Source: Chiloscyllium plagiosum (lineage: Eukaryota). Taken from it: a stretch of DNA of 64,000 nucleotides. A model generated the notes under the pieces. That model searched no databases and was not told the origin of the DNA. It worked only from the letters and a program-made list of their open reading frames with translations. Below, one piece after another: positions 1-12,700 of this stretch (position 1 is its first letter; each line of letters begins with the position of its first letter). The stretch covers positions 54,040,710 to 54,104,709 of the forward strand of contig NC_057728.1 in the NCBI RefSeq assembly GCF_004010195.1, given 5' to 3'. The position numbers and the translations under genes are program-made.

Positions 1-505
1 ATGTATATGACATCAACAGTCCTTCCTTCATCTAACAACTTGGTCACTTCCTTGAAGAACTCTTATCAAGTTGGTAAGGCACGATCTCTCCCACACAAAA
101 CCATATTGCCTATCACTGATAAGCCTATTCTTTTCTAAATATAAATAGATCCTATTCCTCAGTACCTTCTCCAGCAACTTCCCCACCACAGATATCAGAC
201 TCACTGGTCTGTAGCTACCCAGAATATCCCTACTACCCTTCCTTGTACAGGGAACAACATGAGTTCCAGTCCTGTTGTTCCAGTCCTCCGGCACCTCACC
301 TGTATTTAAGGATGTCACAAAGATATCTGTCAGGGCCCCAGCTATTTCCTCTCTCGCCTCCTTCAGCAACCTGGGATAGATCCCTTCCGGTCCTGGGGAT
401 TTGTCCACCTTAATAACCTCTAGCCTACCCATGTCACCATGATCCAGACTAATCAAACTTCTATCTCTAATCACAACATTCATCATGTTCTTCTCCTCAG
501 TGAAC
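1..505 (-). mobile_element. CR1-type LINE ORF2 (RT) fragment
   Basis: ORF 28..486(-) reads KVDKSPGPEGIYPRLLKEAREEI...YRPVSLISVVGKLLEK...QYGF..RSCLTNLI, the CR1 RT N-terminal motifs also seen at 12318-13352. A + strand CR1 3' tail (gtctgtttccgtgctgtacatctctatgactctatgac) follows at about 505-558. Confidence 0.9.
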
Positions 506-3366
506 AGGTTAGACCGAAGAGTCTGTTTCCGTGCTGTACATCTCTATGACTCTATGACCTAGAATCCAGCAGTGGATGACCTGAAAACCCAACCCATTTG
601 AAGCACATGGCATCCTCGTGGGATCTGTCCTTTGGCTTGACTCCAACCCATTGTGACAGAGATATTATTTGCCCCATTGTAAAACCCCAAGAGCTGTGGT
701 TGCAGATTATTGCACTGCGTCCTGATTTAGTGACACTGGTGAATTGTCACACAAAACAATTGCGTTAAAACTTAAAGCAATAAACTTATTGCACTTATCT
801 AGGAGTTAAACTTATGTTATTCAGCTGCTAGAAAACCAGCTCCTTGGTGAGACCTGATATTAAAAGATTATGGGCCTCTTAAACCGAGCCCAGACTTTCT
901 AAACTATGTTACCAAAAATGGAATGAAACTGGGGTTTTATGGTGCTTTACACCCTAAAGTGCTTTACAGTCTCTGAAATACATTTGCAGTGAGGTCAATG
1001 TAGGAAACATCACTAAAGTAAGCTCTTAGACATACATTGGTGCAAAACACTGCTGATGGTTGCGGCATTGTCTATTTGATCCAATGTCTGATGAAACGTA
1101 ATTCTGACAATGTTCGTTTAGTTTCCGTTTGCTTATCTTGCAGACAATTGATTGGTTCAAGCAACAGATTTCTTGCCAGTTTACCAATAACTGTGACTCC
1201 ACCATCTGGTAGCTTGCAGACTTATCTCACACTGTTGATATGCAACAACATGCAGCAACTCCTTTATTAATATAGGCAGAGTCCACACATTAAGCAATGT
1301 GTTCCATCTGGTGATAGGCCTGATTAACAGAAATGCTCATGCAGGGTGTACCATCTACAAGATGAACTGCAGGCAGCTGAAATCCGCAACCTCCACCATC
1401 TGGAAGGATAAGGGCAGCAGATACATGGGAACGCCAACACCTACATGCTCCCATACAACACCACCAGCGGTAAAGTGAGGCAGCCTCATTGGGACCAAGC
1501 AAGCAGACCTCACGAAGATGGGGAGCGGAAGGCAGGGATAGCTATGGAGGAAAAGGGAGGAATGTCTTCGTGTCAACAGCAAGACGCTCTATTGGGTACA
1601 GCCTCTTCCCCAACATCTGCCAACGCCCCCCACCCCCAGCCCCAGCCCTCACCAGTCTGCTATCAGGCTCCCAGAAAAGGCCTGCCCATGGGACATGCCG
1701 CCATCCCCATGACTAGTGAAACACCAGCATCAGGGATGAGTCCCTTAATTGGGGCTTAGATCAGCCTAAGAATGAGAATAAAGCTGGCCAGATCACTTCT
1801 TTCCCAACCTAATCAGGTCGGGAGGTGACAAGTTCTGCACCCACACCTTTCCATCTGATTAAACATCTCGCCCTCACCCCTACCCTGACCCTGCAGCTGC
1901 ACCTTAGGGGCAGGTTATATGCTGCTCTGTGTCAACAATGAAAGACAATAGGTGCTCATATGAAGGAAAAGGGGATAACAGGATGTGGGAACTGACTTGG
2001 GTAGATGTTATTGTTGGATTTACTTGGGTGGAGATTGAATAGAGAGACAGGTTGGTTGGCATTCATGGTCTGCTTCCTCTCTATAGTTCAATATCCGATA
2101 TCTGAAATACCTTTGACAGGTGGTATCTTCCTTGCTTGAGGTTTCAATGTGTTCTCCAGCTTTACCATTCTGCCTTTCACTGCGATTTGTAAGCCTCTGA
2201 AAGAAGACAATTAACCAAGAATGTGGTTCCATTCATGGACTAAATCTGCACTCGCAAACTAAAGGTAGTAATGTACCATATTTTTGCACTTCAAGGGTAG
2301 TTGAACATGTGACTTGTGACTAAAGAGATACAAACTGATAATGGCAAGCTGGTGGAGGGAAATACACTGAGCATGGCTTTAAAATGCTTGCGCTGTGCTA
2401 GCTTTTCCCATTTATGCAAATGCTTCAGGTGCAGTCTTCACTGCTTGTTGATTGCATTGTCCAGATCTAAAACTTGTTCCATTTTTCACATTGCTATCTG
2501 TCCAAAGTCAACAATACAGTTGTGAGGTTGCTGTGGAGGTTGGAACATGTTTGGTCTGTTGATTTTCTGATTGCTTTTGGTCTTGATGGTCCATTCGATC
2601 TAACTCTTTGACCAAGATTTGATCTCTTGGACTGATAAACCCTTACCTGACTTGCATCAAAATTTCGATTGTGTTGCTTGAAGCACCTTGGAACAATTCA
2701 CTAAGTGCTACATAATGCAAATTGAGAGTTGTTGCTTTTGTTCATGTGCTGTTGATTGAGGGATAGCTGAGCTCCTCTTAGAGTTGAGTCATGAGCCATC
2801 TGAAAGGATAGTCAGAGGCACAATTCAACATCTCGTCTGAAAGATGGCTCCTTCAATTATGCAGCAATCCACTCAATTCCAAACCAGAATTCTCCATTTA
2901 AAGTGGGACTTGATCCCACAAGATTCTGCCTCAGGATGAACTCAGCAGCTTAACATCAAATTGAAGCTTTTTCAGATTTTTGTCTCAACAAGCTACCATC
3001 CCAGTTCCTGCACAGTTGGGACAAAAGGAGTCAAACTGGATTCGAAACATTAATTCTGTTTCTCTTTCCACAGCCTCTGTTGGATCTGCTGGGTTTCTCT
3101 TGCACTTGCTTTTATTCCAGTGAAAATGATGGTTGAATTATTTTAATTTTATACATCTGCCAATCTCAGAATACCCTCATGTCAGTTTTTGATGTGCAAT
3201 GAACTGGTCTTGATGAAGCATTTTTAAGTACCACAACCGTTTACATTCGGTCTCAGACAAATGCATTTTCAGTCTTACTGCCCATGACAGTTGAAGATGG
3301 TGCATATCAGAACCTGATGCCTTTCTTTCTGGGTAAAGCAGGTGCCAACACTGCCGTCAGCTGTGT

Positions 3367-3696
3367 GAGTGGCATGGTGGCTCAGTGGTTAGCACTGCTG
3401 CCTCACAGCACCAGGGACCTGGGTTTGATTCCAGCCTTGGGCAACTGTCTGTGTGGAGTTTGCACATTCACCACATGAATCCATGGGTTTCCTTCAGGTG
3501 CTCTGGTTTCCTCTCACTGGTCCAAAGATGTGCAGGTTAGGTGAACTGGCCAAGCTAAATTGCCCATAGTGTTCAGGGATGTGTAGGTTAGGTCCATGAG
3601 TCAGGAGTGAATGTAGGAGAATGGGTCTTTGGAAGTTCGGTGTGGGCTTGTTGGGCTGAAGGACATGTTTCCACACTATAATGATTCTATGATTCT
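3367..3696 (+). mobile_element. HE1-type tRNA-derived SINE
   Basis: Pol III A box TGGCTCAGTGG (3378-3388), B-box-like GGTTTGATTCC (3422-3432), body ctgtctgtgtggagtttgcacatt, CR1-like tail ending in (atgattct)2; many similar copies in the window. Confidence 0.9.
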
Positions 3697-5269
3697 GTAG
3701 CTCAACGAGTGGCATTTCTGCCTCTGCGTCAGAAGTTTGTAGGCTAAAGACCTGTTCCAGAATCTTAAGCATCAAATCTGGCTGCAGTGTCATAGGTGCC
3801 ACCTTTCAAGTGCACAGATATACTAAGGAGAATCTAAAGGGCACCATGTTTCAGTTTGAATGATAGCTGAGAATCAGGCTTCTTAGGAATAAACATTTTC
3901 CAACTCATCAAAGCACATGATCTGGTCATTATCACTTTACTGTTTTTGGGAGCAGCATGGTTCCTAGATTGCAGCATTGACTACAATTTAATCTTACTTG
4001 ATTGATGTTGAATGTTCTGAGATTGTGAAAACAGTTAGATAAATGCAAATTATTTCTTTCTTGCATATCACCTTTATGATGACAATTCAAAATGTTATCC
4101 CTTGTCGTCCTGTGCCTGTGAACTCAATTATATCTATTCTAGTCTGTTACAATCAGCTCCCTTTAGTGGCTACTAATTCAAGGTCGTGCAAAGTCCCTCT
4201 TTTATCTCAACATAACAATACATTGGTCCTGCTGTAAACTCTTGAAACAGACCACGTTTTTGTCCTCAATAACCGGAAAGCAATGGCAGGGCTGGAGCTT
4301 TGCAAGTCAGGATATGGAAGGAAAGGAAAGCCACACGGGGCACTTCAAGGAATTATGAAAATTGGAGGAAGTGAGACAGATTCTTTGGCAGGAGATTCTT
4401 TTGCCCGTCTCACCACTTGGCTCCACTCCAACCTTAAAGCAACTAAGTAATCCTTGAGATTTCATTCTTCGTGGTTGCTTAAGTCTAACAAAGACAATAA
4501 ATCTTCTATAAACTCAGAGGAAATTGCACTCATGCCAGAAAATGTAAGAGGCTGGTGCACAGCATTTATTTTGAATCATTACTGTATCATCACAATGGCT
4601 GAGTAATTAAGCCACTGTTTCACCAGTGATCAGTCAAGAAAGAAGCTTTTTACACAAACATCTGGCATGTACAGCTTTATTCTTACTGCACTATTAACTT
4701 CCTCAAGTTAACGTTTAAGGACACAAGTCGTATTCAATATTGTAATGACTCCAAACAATCACAAATTCCCCGCCTTCCCCATAACAGGTTCTTCTCTGTG
4801 CTACTGACACACTAACATCGAACTATTGCAGAGGGGAATTTGGAACATGTGAGTTCAGACAATAGCAGTCGACCTCTGCCATTTAGTTGCAACATTATAA
4901 ATCCTTTTCTGCGGTGATTCCAAACTCAGGCACCAATATATATTTGAACACTTTGGGCTCCTTGTGTGTGCATCACAGAGACACAGATGTGAGGAAAAGG
5001 AGAATTTTGTTTTGAGCAATGAATTGTTACCAGTGGAATGTGTTGTCTGTAAGGATAGTGGATTCAACAGTAACGATCAAAAGTAAAATGGACAAATAAA
5101 TTAAAAGTAAAGGTTTATGTTGATAAGAGCAGAAAGTAGATAGTTCCTTCAGTCAGCAGGCACAAGGCGAAGAAAGGTCTCACCTGTGCTGTACAACTCT
5201 CTGACTCATTAATCATACCTTTCTTGTATTGCTCACTGAATAGCCTCCATTTATACTCTAATACCGGCA

Positions 5270-5860
5270 TTAACTTTTTTAACCAAAAATATACTTTATT
5301 CATTATATTTGCACAACATACGTCGCAAAACATTTCAATGTGAATATAATTGAATTTACAATAAAATTCAACTTATTTTCATACACCATGTTCTACTCAG
5401 TACAGTTCGAATAGTCTAAATATTTACAATTTACATTCCATGCCAGGTGTAACTGGGCAAATCACTTCAAATTGGAAATTACTAAAAGTGCACTCAAAAT
5501 AAAGTTCTCTAGGCACCATATTCAATTCTGAGGTGTCTCAATACATTTATAATTCTGTTCATACTCATGCTGCATGTTCTTCCAGGCTCAGGTGCTCTAC
5601 AGCTTCCAGCCCTTCAGTATTATGCGCCAAGAGACTTTAGCTAGCAACTTTGCCTATTGTATTTCTACAGTGGCTGTTCAAAGTTTTATTACATCCCTGA
5701 GTCTGCAGTCCTAGACATTGGAAAATGTCAGTCTGTAGCACTCAGCGGGAGACTACTCTTTGCAAGGAAGACCAGTATGTTTCAGATAAATCAGAAAGTG
5801 TCTTTCAGTGAATTGATGATCCTCCAGGCGCAATTAATGTGTGTACCGGTGTGTGTCAGC
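5270..5860 (-). mobile_element. Decayed Tx1/L1-clade LINE 3' end
   Basis: Minus strand translates with stops as THTGTHINCAWRIINSLKDT...ECYRLTFSNV*DCRLRD, resembling a Tx1-type ORF2 C-terminus; AATAAA and an A-rich tail lie near 5275-5300 on the minus strand. Confidence 0.6.
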
Positions 5861-5939
5861 TTAATCTAACTGTTGCAAATTGTCAGAGTAAGGGTAGTGC
5901 TAATGTCAATTTATGCCATGGTGACCGAAAATGTTAAAC

Positions 5940-6069
5940 AAAAATCCCAAACAACTGTGGATGCTGGAAATCAAAACCAAAATCAGAAATTGCTGGAAAA
6001 CCTCAGCAGGTCTGGCAGTATCAGTGGAGAGAAAGCAGAATTTCGAGTCCAGTGATCCTTCTTCAGAAC
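5940..6069 (-). mobile_element. Penelope-like terminal-repeat remnant with degenerate hammerhead core
   Basis: Reverse complement gttctgaagaaggatcactggactcgaaa...ccagacctgctgaggttttccagcaatttctg; same family as 15464-15600 and 62843-62985. Confidence 0.7.
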
Positions 6070-7149
6070 CGACCTGAGAGTTATGCTGGCGCTTTTTTTA
6101 AAATAGAGATTAGTCTGATTTTAGCATGGAATCTCAGAACTCAACCAACTCACCACCAGAAAAATTAGGTAAATAAGATTCGTATTTTCAGATTTAAAAT
6201 TATAAGAGTTGAGGAATTTTGATAAGTATCAGAAGTCTGAGACACTCTCATTTCAAACACGGTAGAGTTCGGAAACCTGCAAATAATAATCATAATGTAG
6301 GAACTGATGGTTCTGTTCCAATTTCAGCTTTTTAATATGTTGTACAATTTCTTGATGGGTGTATACCAGTTGCTACAAAGGAACACTGCTCCTTAAAATA
6401 CATTTCATGTAGATTTAATTCATAATTTTCACACTTTATCCCAAACACAAACAATCATTTGCGTTTGCAATTGTCAGTGACTGAGTGGTGACACCCTTAC
6501 TCTCGAAGGATCAGAGTACATCATCTAAACTCCAGTACAGATTCCAAAGAGAGATTTCAGAGACTGCTACATAACCAAACATGTCCTTTTGTGAATGAAA
6601 TTTTCAGCTCTGATTCATAAGACTCCTGTGAAAAAATCTAGCCATATTCACAAAGGGTTAAATCAATCTTTCCAACAATTTCGTCCACATCCCTTTAACC
6701 AAAAATAGTTACTATTTCTTTGGAAATAGTATCCTTGATGAAGCATTGCACAATTCTCTCTCAAATATATTCCTCCAGATGTTGAGAACATTCTCAACAA
6801 ACAGTCAATCTTGAGATGATTAAGTCCCTCTAGGAGTTTTGACTAAAGGTGCAATAAGCACAATCATCACCAGTTTGTTGGATTAAAGAGAGATGGTCAA
6901 TAAATGAAATCTTGCCACTTTTGTCTCGATCTCAAGAATAATTTTGAAATGTTAAGCTTTTTAATGGGAATATAGAAAATAGGATAGACATTGACCCTTT
7001 GCTCCCTTGAGTCTATTCTGCACTCAGCTACATTATGTCTGATCTTCTACCTCTGTATTATTTTCCTTGACTACTTCCATAACTGTTGATGTCTTTAAAA
7101 TGTAGAATTCTATTGATCTCTGGCCTGAATGACTGAGGCTGGGAGTATT

Positions 7150-7652
7150 ATTTTGATTGAAAGGGTTCAAAAAAGATTGACAAAGATGTTGCCAGGGTTG
7201 GTGGATTTGAGCCTACGGAGAGGCTAAGTAGGCTGGTGCTGTTTTCTCTGGAGCATTGGAGGCTGAGGGGTGACCTTATAAAGGTTTATAAAATCATGAG
7301 GGACATGGATGAAGTGAATAGTCAGGGTTTTCCCCCAGGGTAGCGAAGTCCAAAACTAGAGGGCATAGGTTTAAGGTGAGAGGGGAAAAATTTAAAAAGG
7401 ACCTAAGGGGCAATGTTTTCACACACAGGGTGGTGCGTGAATGGAATGAACTGCCAGAGGAAGTGATGGAGGCTAGTACAATTACAACATTTAAAAGGCA
7501 CTGGGATGGGTATATAAATAGGAAGGGTTTGGAAGAATATGGGCCAAATGCTGGCAAATGGTACTAGATTATTTGAGGATATCTGGTCAGCATGGAAGAA
7601 TTGGACCAAAATGCCTGGTTTTATGCTGTACATCTCTATGACTATATGAGAC
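7150..7652 (+). mobile_element. 5'-truncated CR1/HER1 LINE 3' end
   Basis: ORF 7376..7567 RGEKFKKDLRGNVFTHRVVREWNELPEEV; the tail matches 14330-14450. Confidence 0.9.
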
Positions 7653-9739
7653 TATGCCCTAGTTCTAAATCACCCATAGCCCCTACCTAAGCTACAGAAA
7701 GCGCCCTTCCTGCCTTAATGACTTTAGCAGTTTAAAAAAATGCAACTGTATTAGGAAAAACAATCAACAAGCAACTAATTCCCGAACGGTGTTGGGAAAG
7801 ATTAGATAGGACAATCTAAATTTTGCTGGAGAGACATCCTGGAGTATTCAACCAATAAACGTTAACCCAGCAGAAGCCTCAAATGATCCAGTCAACCTAA
7901 GGATTCCAATTTTAATCACTTCACTCCCTAACTGGATCCCATTCTCTATCTCTCCCTCTCTTGCTTTAAAACACACCTTAAACTTAAACTTTTGACCAAG
8001 ATTTTGGCTCTATGTACCCCTCATATAGATGGTTGTTAGGTTTTACCTGAATATGTTCCTGGGAGGTGGTTTGCGATGGTTCCTCTTGAAACCACTGCAT
8101 GAATGTAAGTTGTTGTTGCTGTTGAGAGTCAATATTACTAGATGGCCCTCAGCATTATCCCCATTTCTTAAAAATGTTTTTACCATCTATAAACATCCTA
8201 AATAATAACTATTAGTTTATGGAGACTGAGATTTTGGTCATGAGGTGAAGAGTAATAAACACTGACTCCATGCTACTGCACTGCAACAGATGTTTGCATT
8301 TGCAGTGGCCCCACCCTGATACTAAACTCCATAATTAAAGCTGGAATGTCTAAACACCTTTAGAATGTTCAGCTAGTAGAAACAACCAGCATCGAATTAT
8401 AGAAGGTGGATCAGACCTGAAACCAGATTGAATTCTTTGAAGAGGTGATTAAACCAGTTGGTGGAGGAATGTCTGTGGCTGTAACTCATGTTCACGTCCA
8501 GGAATCCAGGATTTTAGCTAAGCTTAAAGCTCCTTAGAATTGAAGGCATGTGATTGAACTAATTAGCTGATGAGTGACAGTAAACAGAAACTAGGGATAA
8601 TGGGTAGGCACTTTAACTGGCAGGGTACAACTGGTGGTGTCTTTGAGGATCTGTGCTGGGTTCTCACTGTATTTTTACCAATTAAATGATTGAGATAGAA
8701 AGACATATTTCCAAGTTTGTCCTGACTGAAAGATAGGTATCATTGTAAGCAGTGTGGGTGAAAGTATAGAAACATCAAGGATTTTTTTTTCCACTTTTAT
8801 TCTTTCACGGGCTGGACCAACAGCATTTGTTTCCCATGAACTGAATTGCTAGGCCATTTTAGAGCAAATCAAAATTTAACCACATTTTTGGGGCCTGGTG
8901 GACATGGACGCCAGACCAGGTAAGGATGGCAGATTTCCTTCCCTAAAGGGCATGAGTGAACAAGATGGGTTTTTATAACAATCAATGATACTATGGCACC
9001 AATACTGATAGTTGCTTTCAATTCCACACTTATTAGGAATGTAGGAACAGGAAAAGGCCAATCAGCCACTCAAACCTATTTCACCGTTCAATAGGACCAT
9101 GAGTGATTTGTGGTCTAACTCCATATACCTGCCTTTGGCCCATGTGCCTTAATACCTTTGCTTCACAAAAAGTTATCTAGCGCAGGTTTAAAGTTAACAA
9201 TTGATCCAGCATCAACTGCTGTTTGTGGAAGAGAGATCCAAACTTCTACCTCCCTGTGTGTGTAACTCTAACATCACTCCTGCATGGTTTGGACCAATCG
9301 AATAGATTGGATTTAATTTCCACCAGATACTGTGGTGTGATTTGAACCAATGTCCCAAGTGGAATCACTGGTCTCACTGGAAAACTATCTAGTGACATTT
9401 ACCATGACATCATCCTATCTACTCTCAGCAGTTTAAGTGTGTGAGCAAGACTGTGGCAAATGGATTGCAATGTTGACAAATGTGAGGTCATTTACTCTGA
9501 ACAGAAGAACAGATGCATTACGAAATGATGAAAGGTTAAAAGCTGTGGGTATTTCAGAGTTTAGGTGCAGCCGGAATGGTAAACCAGTTAAAATCATGGA
9601 TGCTCAAAGGGTGAAGTGGTGCAAACATGGCTTGCTGGGGTTGCAGAGCTGGAGAAGGGGAGGGCAGGAGCCTGATCAAACTTCTTTACCCCTCCCCCCA
9701 AAATACAAGACTTGTCTTTTCACTGTAGGCAAATGAGTA

Positions 9740-12700
9740 ATCCAAGATGGAGGACGGGAAAAATGTCTGGCTGTAACAGCTGCTCCTTTTTGATGTATTT
9801 CAGGTGTTGGAGGTGATTGCCTCGAATTCCAGGAGCAGCAATTACTGTTTTATATGCTGTTGCATTGTTTTGGAACTTTGGAGAAAAAAAAAGTCAAAAC
9901 ATTAGCACTTTTAAAAGGGAGAGGAACAGACAAACGAAGCACATGGTGAGGTCAGTGCAGGAGAGAAAGAAAGAGAGAGAGAGAAATAGTAACCCACACT
10001 GCTAACTGACACAGCAGTGAACCTGCGCAGTTACTGCCTTTGGTGTTTGAATTCATGTATCACTAAACATCAGAGTGCGTCTGGGAAAATTAAAAAACAG
10101 TGAAATTCACAAATTAACTTAAAGGAACCTGTTTGGGAGAGGTCACAGCACAGAAACAGATAAGTGAGTATTTTTAATTGTGGCCTACATAAAGTCTGCA
10201 GCAGTAGAGTGGTTTTTTTTTATTGATTATATGTTTTATTGAGATATGTCTCTTATTAAACTTAAAATATAAGCCATAAATATTAATTTAACCTGGAGCA
10301 GCATTTTGTCGAGGAATAAGACAGTGCTATTTTCTGGGTCTGTAGACTGAAAGAAGCAAAAAAGACCTTTAGTAGAGTGATATGCTCTTCTTGTCAGATG
10401 TGGGAGTTTAGGGAGAGTTTACGTGTTACTGAGGACTATATCTGCAATAAATGCCGTTGGGTTGCAAATCCTATCAGATCGAATGGATCAGTTGGAGAGA
10501 CAGTTAGAGGCAATGAGGAATTTACAAGAGCAAGGGGATGTGATGGGTGGCAGTTATAGGAAGGGGGAAAAGTTGCAGATACAGTCACATAGATGGGTTA
10601 ACTCCAAGTAAGGTAAGAGAGGTAGGCAGCTAGTGCAGGAGTCTTCTGTGGCTAACTCCTTGTCAAATAAGTATACTGTTTTGGAAAATGTAGGGGGTGA
10701 TGGATTCTCAGGGAACCATAGCACAAACAGCCACGTTGGTAGTATTGAGACTGGCTCTAATGCAACAAGGGGTACGTCGGCTTCCAAGAGATCAATTGTG
10801 TTAGGGGACTCTCTAGTCTGAAGTACAGACAGGCATTTCTGTGGCCAGCAGCAAAAAATCAGAATGGTATGTTGCTTCCCTGGTGCTAGGATCAAAGATG
10901 TCTCAGAGAGTGTGCAGAATGTTTTCAAGAGGGAGAGGGACCACCAGGAGGTCATTGTACACATTGGAACCAACGACATAGGAAGGGAAAAGGTTGAGAT
11001 TTTGAAGGGAGATTACAGAGTGTTACGCAGGAATTTAAAAAGGAGGTTCTCAAGAGTAGTAATATCTGGATTACTCCCAGTGCTACGAGCTAGTGATGGT
11101 AGGAATAGAAGGATAGAGCAGATGAATGCATGGCTGAGGAGCTGGTTTACAGAGTGTTACGCAGGAATTTAAAAAGGAGGTTCTCAAGAGTAGTAATATC
11201 TGGATTACTCCCAGTGCTACGAGCTAGTAATGGTAGAATAGAAGGATAGAGCAGATGAATGCATGGCTGAGGAGCTGGTGAATGGGAGAAGGATTCACAT
11301 TTTTCGATCATTGGAATCTCTTTTGGGGTAGAAGTGACCTGTACAAGGAGGATGGATTGCATCTGAATTGGAAGGGAACTAATATACTGGCAGGGAGATT
11401 TGCTAGAGCTGTTCAGGAGGGTTTAAATAGTAAGGTGGGGGTGTAGGACCCAGGGAGATAGTGAGGAAAGAGATCAATCTGAGACTGGTACAGTTGAGAA
11501 CAAAGGCAAGTCAAACAGTCAGGGCAGGCAGGGCTAAAGCAGAGAACAGGGTAAGACTGATAAATTAAACTGCATTTATTTCAATGCAAGAAGCTTAACA
11601 GGGAAGGTGGATGAACTCAGGGCATGATTAGGAACATGGGACTGGGATATCATAGCAATTACAGAGATGTGGTTCAGGGTTGGACAGGACTGGCAGCTCA
11701 ATGTTCCAGGATACAAATGTTACAGGAAGGATAGAAAGGGAGGCAAGAGAGGAGGGAGATTGACGTTTTTGATAAGGGATAGCATTACAGCTGTACTGAG
11801 GGAGGATATTCCCGGAAATACATCCAGGGAAGTTATTTGGGTAGAATTGAGAAATAACAAAGGGATGATCACCTTATTGGGATTGTATTATAGACCCCCT
11901 AATAGTCAGAGGGAAATTGAGAAATAAATTTTTAAGGAGATCTCAGTTATCTGTAAGAATAATAGGGTGATTATGGTAGGGGATTTTAACTTTCCAAACA
12001 TAGATTGGGACTGCCATAGTGTTAAGGGTTTAGATGGAGAGGAATTTGTTAAGTGTGTACAAGAAAATTTTCTGATTCAGTGTGTGAATATACCTACTAG
12101 AGAAGGTGCAAAATTTGACCTACTCTTGGGAAATAAGGCAGGGCAGGTAACTGAGATGTCAGCATGGGAACACTTTGTGACCAACGACCATAATTCTATT
12201 AGATTTAAAATAGTGATGGAAAAGAATAGACCAGATCTAAAAGTTGAAGTTCTAAATTGGTGAAAGGCCAATTTTGACGGTATTAGGCAAGAACTTTCAA
12301 AAGCTGATTGGGCGGAGATGTTCGCAGGCAAAGGGACGGCTGGAAAATGGGAAGCCTTCAGAAATGAGATAACAAGAGCCCAGAGAAAGTATATTCCTGT
12401 TAGGGTGAAAGGAAACGCTAATAGGTATAGGGAATGCTTGATGCCTAAAGAAATTGAGGGTTTGGTTAAGAAAAAGAAGGAAGCATATATAAGGTATAGA
12501 CAGGATAGATCGAGTGAATCCTTAGAAGAGTGTAAAGGAAGTAGAAGTGTACTTAAGAGGGAAATCAGGAGGGCAAGATGGGGACATGAGATAGCTTTGG
12601 CAAATGGAGTCAAGGAGAATCCAAAGGGTTTTTACAAAGACATTAAGGACAAACGGTTAACTAGGGAGAGAATAGGACCCCTCAAAGGTCAGCAAGGTGG

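Noticed and set aside
2641..2720. Strong minus-strand donor (CAG|GTAAGG) suggesting an exon
   Set aside because: Lies in what looks like an old LINE/SINE tail remnant, with no matching acceptor or recognisable frame.
3367..3440. tRNA genes at SINE heads (here and other HE1/SINE-B copies)
   Set aside because: A/B boxes run straight into SINE body and LINE-like tail; no complete cloverleaf is evident.
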